Positions 57,014 through 64,000 of a stretch of 64,000 nucleotides of DNA are shown in pieces. The stretch lies in IMG/VR virus record IMGVR_UViG_3300025120_000020; one strand, written 5' to 3'. Made by a program: the position numbers and the translations under genes. Origin of the DNA: a virus. Each line of letters begins with the position of its first letter. Position 1 is the first letter of the stretch. The notes under the pieces were generated by a model. The model saw only the letters and a list, made by a program, of their open reading frames with translations, did not search any database and had not been told where the DNA came from.

Positions 57014-57295
57014 TTATTTTTCATTTTGTTTATCTCTGAGGCTAATAAAACACGGTGTAGACTCCCCCATCCGCGCTCCGATCTGGTTATATTCGAACCA
57101 CTCCTCTGCATCAGCCTCGGACATTCCGCTATCCTTTGCTATCTGGAGTAGGACTAATTCTTTGTCGTAACATACGATGGGAGGTTGCCCAAATCTCTCG
57201 ACAACGCCGACGATGCAATCGTCGTAGCCGTCCATAAAAAGTAGGTCTCCAGCGTCAAATCCACCCAGCGTTGCATTCTTAGAAGGGGATGTCAT
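57014..57295 (-). CDS. Conserved phage hypothetical protein, homolog of 33413-33661
   Basis: Near-identical core motif. Confidence 0.75.
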   Translation of the reverse strand: MTSPSKNATLGGFDAGDLLFMDGYDDCIVGVVERFGQPPIVCYDKELVLLQIAKDSGMSEADAEEWFEYNQIGARMGESTPCFISLRDKQNEK

Positions 57296-57728
57296 CGTCG
57301 GTATCTGGTTCGGCGTTTTGAGTTTGCGATGGTTGCGATGGTTGCAAGGTATTCCCGCCGCCACCCGACTTAGGCTGTTCCCAATATTTGTAGAAGGAAT
57401 CCTTTACATCTACGAGTTCGGGCAAGCCGCTTTCTTTTCGGCCTCGGTTCGGATCAAACTTGAAGAAAACATCTCCAACATTCTCTCCCTGATTCTGACC
57501 GATGTCGCATTGCGCTCCGCAGTCGTTGCACTTGAGGTGGAAGTAGCTGTATTGCTTTCGATCCCCAGCGGCACGATGCATGAAGGATAAATTGCTCGAT
57601 CCGCAGTGCCCGCACTTCTGTGGGAATCCCGCGACCTTAGCGCAACCTTTGATTAGTTCCACCATATTTGAGCCGCCAACACTTATGGTGATGGCTTCTC
57701 CTATCTTTACGTTTGCTTGTAGTGACAT
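57279..57728 (-). CDS. SSB-like protein with a Zn ribbon and acidic DDIPF tail
   Basis: CGHC...CNDC; C-terminal TDDDIPF. Confidence 0.6.
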   Translation of the reverse strand: MSLQANVKIGEAITISVGGSNMVELIKGCAKVAGFPQKCGHCGSSNLSFMHRAAGDRKQYSYFHLKCNDCGAQCDIGQNQGENVGDVFFKFDPNRGRKESGLPELVDVKDSFYKYWEQPKSGGGGNTLQPSQPSQTQNAEPDTDDDIPF

Positions 57729-58243
57729 ACAATTTTTTTCTGTCGTTTGGTTAAAGCTCCCCGCGAGGGAGCAAGGCTATTTGATGTGATTCGCCCCTTG
57801 GTGTCAAGGTGTATTTTTATTGTAAGTCTGGGCTACCCCACCTCGTCAGGCTCGGCGGTGCAGTGACTGGTTACTATTCCATAGCGAGTCCTCTGTTGCA
57901 GTGAGTGAGAGAGTGAGCAGACGTAGGCCCCCTATAGTCCCCCAAAAGGGACTACAGGAGGCGGGAAGTTAATTGCACTTCGTTCGTTCGTTTCACTTGC
58001 CGTGCGACATAGCGTTATAGCGGGCCAGCCATGCGATCTTTCGTCTCGCTTTATACTCCCGCAACCCTGTCGCGTCCCCCCGCCCAATATGGGCGAGCTG
58101 ATAATTTCGTCCCGCCAGCGGGACTTACACCGGAGCGGGGGAAAGTCGGGCACCCTATTCGGAATGCCGGACCCTCGTTCGCAGCTATCACGGGCGGCTG
58201 CGATCCCGCCATGACAAATCAGTCACGGCGCCCCTCCCCAAAA

Positions 58244-58430
58244 AATATCCCCGTGTTGTAGGGTCGGGATTGGAAATCGCCGCAATGAAGTAAATCGGCA
58301 TTCCCAACCCCACAACACGGGGATATTGATTTAAGGTAACTCTTCATTGTTAGACTTCTCCGGTGCTGTTTCCAATCAGCTCGCTCCGGTTCGTTAAAAA
58401 CCCCTACCCCGAGACAGGGCAGGGGTCAAC
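58244..58430 (-). ncRNA. C4-like antisense RNA locus
   Basis: 26-bp stem (58244-58269/58302-58327) whose loop-proximal sequence is complementary to two upstream blocks (58342-58349, 58369-58377); TTGACC promoter-like sequence near 58425. Confidence 0.6.
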
Positions 58431-58445
58431 CCAAAGCGCCAGCTA

Positions 58446-59024
58446 TTATCTCCCTCCGGAGGGAGGAAGAGGATCATAGGCTCGTTCACTGCCAAGTTTG
58501 ATGTCGAGCCTGAGCGGGTCTCTCGGGTCAATATCAATGATCTCAGATTCGCCTGACCTCAGATAGCAAATTGCGTTCTTCCCGTCACGCAAGGCCACAC
58601 AAGTGACGGCTGCTGACTCGGAGAAAAAACGCTTCATGTTTGCAACTGCTGCCGGGTCTTTCGATACCGCGATGGCATCCATGCAATGGCCCATAACGAG
58701 CAATCTCCCTCCGGACACGGGGTGCGGCTGAAACGACCAAGCAACACCATTGCTGTCAGGTCTCTCTTCGACCAAGCCAAATAGGTAAAGGCAAGCGTAT
58801 TCCTTACAAAGGCGCGGGCGCTTTTTGTAAATCGCACACCCAGTCTCAGAGCAATGCTTGCAAGCATCTCCAGCGGGTTTTTCAGGAATGGTTGTTTCTC
58901 CATCGTCAATAGCAGGGGCAACACAGCACACGTTGCAATCTCCGCACTCATTGGGGAACTTTGAGAAGTAACGCTCTCCTCTATCTTCAAGCGCATTCGC
59001 AAGGAATTGATCAATCGTTTTCAT
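58446..59024 (-). CDS. YkgJ-family cysteine-cluster protein
   Basis: CGDCNVCC...CKHC...CAIYKKRPRLCKEYAC. Confidence 0.8.
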   Translation of the reverse strand: MKTIDQFLANALEDRGERYFSKFPNECGDCNVCCVAPAIDDGETTIPEKPAGDACKHCSETGCAIYKKRPRLCKEYACLYLFGLVEERPDSNGVAWSFQPHPVSGGRLLVMGHCMDAIAVSKDPAAVANMKRFFSESAAVTCVALRDGKNAICYLRSGESEIIDIDPRDPLRLDIKLGSERAYDPLPPSGGR

Positions 59025-59410
59025 TTTATATCGGTTTTGTAGGGGTGGAGGGATTGCGGATATTCAAACGGCGATGCCCCATCTGCTGTCAGGGCCACAG
59101 CTCGCTTGGTTGTTCCTTTCTTGTGCGGAGCAATATAGATCAGGCCACGCAAGGTTTGGAGTGAGTCAAACGCTTGCCAAAACGCTTGTCTTGTCGGGGG
59201 GCTGGCTGACCCGCGCTGCTTGTATAGCTTCACCACATCCTTGCGAACTTGGTTCGCGAAAACGTGCTCGCCCTTCTTACGGTGCGCTTCACGGTGGCGA
59301 ATCTCGCAAAGGATCAGGATTTGCAGCGGTGTCAGTTGCATTGCATAAAAGGTCGAAATGGTGCGACCGATTTGTTCAATGACTTCTCGGGATTGTTTGG
59401 ATAGGTTCAT
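59021..59410 (-). CDS. Winged-helix regulator-like protein
   Basis: LTPLQILIL...RGLI...VALTADG (MarR-like). Confidence 0.5.
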   Translation of the reverse strand: MNLSKQSREVIEQIGRTISTFYAMQLTPLQILILCEIRHREAHRKKGEHVFANQVRKDVVKLYKQRGSASPPTRQAFWQAFDSLQTLRGLIYIAPHKKGTTKRAVALTADGASPFEYPQSLHPYKTDIK

Positions 59411-59418
59411 GGTTGTTT

Positions 59419-61560
59419 TTATTTTTTGGGGATTTTCAGTAGTGCCACCAGTTCCTCAGGGCATTGGCGACGATACTTCCAAGCAAGGGCCGCTACGCGA
59501 CCCATCTCGAAATGATTTAGGTCTTGCATTCTCTTTCGCGCCAAGCGCCCGCCAAACTCGGAATCCATTTTGCTGAATCCCTCGTTGTTGCGGGCCATGG
59601 CAAGGTCTCCGTCAAGTATAGCAACCTTCTTCACGCATTGATGAGCACACATTAGCTCGCGAGGAGAAAGGCTCTCTCCGAATGCAATCGTTCGCATCCG
59701 CTTGTGCTGCCTCTCGGAGTCCTCAGCCTTGCGCTCTGACACGCTCTTGGTCGGCTCGGCTGGTCCCTTTGGCCCATAGTTGATGGTATTGGGGTCCAGC
59801 TCTTTTGTGTTCTCTCGGTCGGTTGCCTGTTCGATGACATCCATCTTGCGGGCGTTGGCTCGTATGATCTGAACGTCGATTGTCTGCTCCATTGCAAGGT
59901 ATTCAATCAGCACGGGCTGGGCTTGGCCGATGCGGTGTGCTCTGTCTTCAAATTGCGCATTGTTCGCGGGAACCCAATCGGGCTCGACGATGATAACATG
60001 CGGGGCAGCAGTCAGCGTCAGGCCAGTTCCAGCAGCAAGGATGTTGCCGATGAAGACACGGCAATTCTTGTCGCCTTGGAAGGATTGCACCGATTCATGT
60101 CGGCTGGTTGGGCTGGTGTCGCCCGTGACCACTACGGGCCCGTAGTCATTCAGGGAGTGTTGCAACTGCTTGATGACCTCCTTGTGATGGGCGCCGATGA
60201 TCACCTTTCCGCCGCTCTCGTCGAGGACGTTTTTGATGTGGTCGATTGCAAGGTCAACCTTTTTGAGGCCGATCAGCTTGCGGACCTTGCTTGTCTCGGT
60301 GAAGAGAGCGGTCTCGGCTGACCTTAGCGACTCGCCAGCAGATTGCATTGCCTCAGCATCGCCAGCCGACTTGGCTTCGGATACCTTTTGCTTCAGCTTA
60401 GCTACTGTTTGCTCGCTTGTCTTGAACTCCATAGTCAGCGCGTCGATCTCTCGGACGATCTCATGAGAGGCGGGGAGCGCTACGATCTTTCGGGTCTTTG
60501 GTGGGAGCTGGGTAAGGACATGCTTTTTGAGCCGCCTTACCATGCACGATCCTCGGACGAGCGTTTGCAACTCGTCGAGGTTTGAAGATCCGGTCGTGTC
60601 CCATCCGTTGCCAAATGGCACCCTGCGGGCATCGCAAAATCGGTTGGCATACTTAGTCCAATTCCCGAAATGCTCGGGAGCACAAAAACGCAACAGGTTC
60701 CAGAAATCGGCTGGCCTGTTGCTGACGGGCGTCCCACTCAGGAACAGGTATCGATCAGCAGGGATAGGCTCGCGAGGAGCATTCTTCTTTTTGCTGCGGG
60801 ACCGAGCGGGGAGGCCCAGTAATCCGATGCTCCGATTTGTGTCCTTGTTCTTGAGGTAGTGTGCCTCGTCAGCAATGACAACGTCCCATGCGCGAGAGCG
60901 TAGAGCCACTTGGGCTCCAGCCATGGCCATAAGGTCATAGCTGATTGCAACAACATCAGAGTGTTCGATGTCGCCAAAGTCAGCCTTGCTCAACACCGCC
61001 AGCTTGCGCTGCGATGACGGCGAGGCAAACTTGTCCCACTCGTCGAGCCAGTTCAGCCTGAGTGAGGCGGGGCAAACGACAAGGACCGACTGAGCTTGGG
61101 TCATGTTGCAAACTCCAATAGCTTGCAACGTCTTCCCGAGGCCCATGTCATCGGCAATGATGCATCGGGTCCGCTTGAGTGCGTACTGGATTCCCGCCGA
61201 CTGATATCCGTAAGGCTTTACACCTTGGGGGAATGAGGCAGAGAATCCATGGCTCGGTGCATCAGCTCGGGACTCCTGCAACAGGATCTCCGAGAAATTG
61301 GCCTTGTTGGTGCTGCTGGCAGGTATGAGCCAGCATGTAATGCCCCACACGCCGCTATCATCTTTGCCGCAAGAGAATCCTTGCTGCTTGAGTGCGTCCT
61401 TGTGGAGGTTCCAGTAGTCCCACCAGCCGTCAGGCATCGGGGAATAGAACAGGTGGCGTTGCCCCTGTCGGGTTGCAACCTCCCCTCGGTCCTCCCACTG
61501 GAGGGAGAACGAGGGAAGGGGAAGCGGCGTGTCCGCTCCGGTTGGAAGTGTAAGATTCAT
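59419..61560 (-). CDS. SNF2-family (SMARCAL1/HARP-like) helicase
   Basis: YQ, ADDMGLGKT, VCPASL, DEAH, SGTP, RRLK, GTGLTL, QFEDRAHRIGQ. Confidence 0.92.
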   Translation of the reverse strand: MNLTLPTGADTPLPLPSFSLQWEDRGEVATRQGQRHLFYSPMPDGWWDYWNLHKDALKQQGFSCGKDDSGVWGITCWLIPASSTNKANFSEILLQESRADAPSHGFSASFPQGVKPYGYQSAGIQYALKRTRCIIADDMGLGKTLQAIGVCNMTQAQSVLVVCPASLRLNWLDEWDKFASPSSQRKLAVLSKADFGDIEHSDVVAISYDLMAMAGAQVALRSRAWDVVIADEAHYLKNKDTNRSIGLLGLPARSRSKKKNAPREPIPADRYLFLSGTPVSNRPADFWNLLRFCAPEHFGNWTKYANRFCDARRVPFGNGWDTTGSSNLDELQTLVRGSCMVRRLKKHVLTQLPPKTRKIVALPASHEIVREIDALTMEFKTSEQTVAKLKQKVSEAKSAGDAEAMQSAGESLRSAETALFTETSKVRKLIGLKKVDLAIDHIKNVLDESGGKVIIGAHHKEVIKQLQHSLNDYGPVVVTGDTSPTSRHESVQSFQGDKNCRVFIGNILAAGTGLTLTAAPHVIIVEPDWVPANNAQFEDRAHRIGQAQPVLIEYLAMEQTIDVQIIRANARKMDVIEQATDRENTKELDPNTINYGPKGPAEPTKSVSERKAEDSERQHKRMRTIAFGESLSPRELMCAHQCVKKVAILDGDLAMARNNEGFSKMDSEFGGRLARKRMQDLNHFEMGRVAALAWKYRRQCPEELVALLKIPKK

Positions 61561-61571
61561 AGTTCTTAATT

Positions 61572-61871
61572 TTAGTATTCGTCTGGCAGGAGGATGGTTG
61601 TCACGCTGCGATCCCATTCGGTGATGAGCCAAATCTTTTCGCCCCCGACATGGTAGACCGACATGAGGCGCTGATTGTTGTCGATAGCATCTTCATTGAC
61701 CTTGCGGTCCTCCTCGCAAACGTCCCCCCAATCGCCAGAGAAGTGGCGAAAGATGAGTTCCTCTCCGAGTTTCGGTTTGTTTTGGAGTTGCAAGAGAGCG
61801 ATAGCGCCCTGCGTTGCAACAACGTCTTTGCTCTTGAATCTGATTTTGTTTTGTTTGACGTAGTAGGCCAT
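61572..61871 (-). CDS. Conserved plasmid/phage hypothetical protein
   Basis: VVATQG...RHFSGDWGDV...WLITEWDRSVTTILLPDEY. Confidence 0.7.
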   Translation of the reverse strand: MAYYVKQNKIRFKSKDVVATQGAIALLQLQNKPKLGEELIFRHFSGDWGDVCEEDRKVNEDAIDNNQRLMSVYHVGGEKIWLITEWDRSVTTILLPDEY

Positions 61872-62014
61872 AGTAGTAGTTGGTTTTAGTTGAGTTCGAA
61901 GATTGCTGAGATGATTCGGCGAACGAGCGTATCGATGCCGATTGCGTGGAGTGAATACACCGCTGCGAAAAACATCGTGGAAGCGATTAAGGTCTGGGTT
62001 TTGGTAATCATGTT

Positions 62015-62500
62015 TTATTTTGGGTTGGTTGTTGTCGGCCAGTGATACGGCCATTTTTTTGTCGTTGGATCGTAAGGTGTGGGCGGCTCGGTCCAGCCGT
62101 GTTGCCCGTAGTGCTCAGGGTCCTTCGCGAGGAGGCAAGAGCGATGTGATGCGTGAAGCTCGGGAGTCCCGAGCCATGGTGGCATGGTGGCAGGTTGTTG
62201 CCCGTTGGCGCTGAGGAACTCTTCGGCTCGTTCGCCCCAATAGGTCATCCATTTCGCACAGGTATGGTCGGACCATGGCCCCGTCTCGTTCCGGTTGCGT
62301 CGATCCATTTCGTCGGCGAGGGCCATGCCATAATCGCAGAGGGCGTGTAGGTGCCCTTGCCACATCTTTGAGGCCGGATGGTTTGGCCAGCCTCCCTTGA
62401 ATAGGGTAAGCGTCTCACGGTAGCATTGGTTGCCAAGGCGGGCATTGTCGAGCGCTCGGGCGCTGTCGCAGAAGTTTGCGTATGGTAGAAAGGTTTGCAT
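62015..62500 (-). CDS. MSMEG_6728-type pyrimidine-dimer glycosylase-like protein
   Basis: MQTFLPY...LDNARLGNQ...HPASKMW...PPWLG...HASHRSCLLAKD. Confidence 0.82.
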   Translation of the reverse strand: MQTFLPYANFCDSARALDNARLGNQCYRETLTLFKGGWPNHPASKMWQGHLHALCDYGMALADEMDRRNRNETGPWSDHTCAKWMTYWGERAEEFLSANGQQPATMPPWLGTPELHASHRSCLLAKDPEHYGQHGWTEPPTPYDPTTKKWPYHWPTTTNPK

Positions 62501-62779
62501 CAGATGGTGTATGCTCGGGCTCCGTCTGGGTTGTGCCGCCGCTTGCTATCATGGTCGGCTTCTAACGTGGCGAGGCGGTCGGCCTCGGTTGCTATCTCGT
62601 CGGCGCATTCATTGCATACGCCGTGCAGTTTTTCCTCGGCCTCGGTCAGAGGCTCAAGACATAGATGGCACCCGCATAGAGCAGGGCCTGGGGTTTGGTA
62701 TTTGGTTGCAATCATTGATGTTTGATGTTTGATGTTTTTGTTGCCGCAGGGATGCGGCATCATGATGTTCGATCCAAAA

Positions 62780-62811
62780 GGGCCGGAGGATGTTGCAATC
62801 TCTCCGGCCCT
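62780..62811 (-). terminator. Hairpin after the vWA gene
   Basis: AGGGCCGGAG...CTCCGGCCCT stem, with an A tract on its left side. Confidence 0.6.
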
Positions 62812-62826
62812 GATTGTTTAGGGGCA

Positions 62827-64000
62827 TCACCGCTTGGCGATGCTGAATCCCTTGCCCTTGGCCGTCTTGCGAAGGTCCCGCTCATCCTTGCGGATGATTG
62901 ACTCCAGCACGGCTGGCAGCTCGGTGGCGACATCGGTCACGTTGGCCACATGGTCATCGCCCAGCATCGCAGCAGCCTGACGCACTGCACCAGCGCTGAG
63001 CTGCATCCCGATGTAATAGACCTCGATGCCCTGCGACCAAGCCTTCTTGATCTCCTTCTCAGTCGTAGTCCATGAGCCGTTGGCTCCCGAGGCAAGGGGC
63101 TGGTCAGACACCTGAGCATCATCGTTGTGGAAGCTTCCATCTGAGAAGATGACTGCGATGCGGCGTTCCTCATTGCGGCTCTTGAGGACATTGAGGAGAG
63201 TTGCAATGCCAGCGCACACGTTGGTAGTGTTGCCCGTTGAGGTGGGTGCTGGGATGGTCCCGTTGGTCTCGTTCCAATCTCGCAGGGTGTAGGGGGACCC
63301 TGTGAAGCAGCCCCACCACTGAGCAATGCCCGACTTGCGGAAAGCGCTGCGGATGAGGTTGGACCCGATCCACTGACCGTGGAGGCGGTGGAAGATGGCC
63401 GCAATCTTTTGGGTCATCTCCTGCCCATCGTTAGCGACCGAGACCGCCACAACTCCGCTCTGTCTAACGAGCGACGAGTAGCCGCCGTAGGTCCCCGTCA
63501 ACTCAATCGTCACCCGAGCCCGCTTGGGGAGCTGCATGTCGGCGGTGCCATTGGAGTATTTGTTGAACCCAGCACTGTAGCCGAAGGCTCCCTCGATACT
63601 CGGGAATCGAATATTCGCTTCCATGTTTGCGACAGCCAGAGCGGGGACGGTGAAGCCCTTGGAGAGGCGGTCAGCCTTCCAGACCTCAAACCCATCCAGC
63701 TCCCGTGCAAGGAACTGGCCGACGGCTTCGGCTTGCTGGTGGAGCCCGTAGCGGCTGAAGGTCTTTTGCAGACCCTTGATGCTCTCCTCATCATTGATCC
63801 ATGAATCGTTCATCGATCCCGAGTAGTCGAGCACGGTTGCAACGGCGACTCGGCGATTGGTGCCTTGCAGCTTTTGGCTGAATACGAACTGCGAGTCCGA
63901 GGCAATGCGGGCCACATTACTGAGGTCCAGCTTGCCGTTCCGCTTGTGTTTTTTCACCCGAGTGCGGGCGATGGCTTGGAACGTCTTGCGTATCGATGAT
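62827..64000 (-). CDS. vWA (MIDAS) domain protein, CobT-like; 5' end outside the window
   Basis: GKLD, VLDYSGSM, T, VIFSDG, IGM. Confidence 0.78.
   Translation of the reverse strand, partial: SSIRKTFQAIARTRVKKHKRNGKLDLSNVARIASDSQFVFSQKLQGTNRRVAVATVLDYSGSMNDSWINDEESIKGLQKTFSRYGLHQQAEAVGQFLARELDGFEVWKADRLSKGFTVPALAVANMEANIRFPSIEGAFGYSAGFNKYSNGTADMQLPKRARVTIELTGTYGGYSSLVRQSGVVAVSVANDGQEMTQKIAAIFHRLHGQWIGSNLIRSAFRKSGIAQWWGCFTGSPYTLRDWNETNGTIPAPTSTGNTTNVCAGIATLLNVLKSRNEERRIAVIFSDGSFHNDDAQVSDQPLASGANGSWTTTEKEIKKAWSQGIEVYYIGMQLSAGAVRQAAAMLGDDHVANVTDVATELPAVLESIIRKDERDLRKTAKGKGFSIAKR

Noticed and set aside
44419-63804. Many overlapping opposite-strand ORFs in the GC-richer half and within the structural genes
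   Set aside because: Shadow frames of well-supported genes, with no recognisable motifs.
1-64000. Alternative genetic code (stop-codon reassignment)
   Set aside because: Hallmark genes are full length in the standard code and no suppressor tRNA was seen.

Overview
The window is tailed-phage (Caudoviricetes) DNA with no host housekeeping genes, and it appears to join two distinct phage-like halves. Left part (1 to about 41 kb, AT-rich): a minus-strand morphogenesis operon (tail tube, neck, HK97-type capsid, protease/scaffold, portal, terminase), an ERCC4 nuclease, a phage sigma factor and PhoH. It is followed by a plus-strand early or host-takeover-like region (16.4-26.3 kb) of short, mostly leaderless genes. 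That region is punctuated by eight copies of a rigid 77-bp element (27-bp palindrome, 23-bp GC box, 27-bp palindrome) and carries two unusual RNAs: a 66-nt tmRNA reduced to its tRNA-like domain, and a 114-nt tRNA mimic with an expanded anticodon arm. Next come a glycan-modification cluster, tRNAs, a RuvB-like ATPase and tail-fibre-like genes. Right part (about 41-64 kb, visibly more GC-rich): a lysis cassette, a second unrelated terminase, small basic proteins sharing an AASRI motif, a DnaB/primase/SSB/SNF2 replication module, a C4-like antisense RNA locus and a strongly over-represented GTTGCAAC palindrome. All protein calls rest on motifs read by eye and on gene order; no database searches were run.
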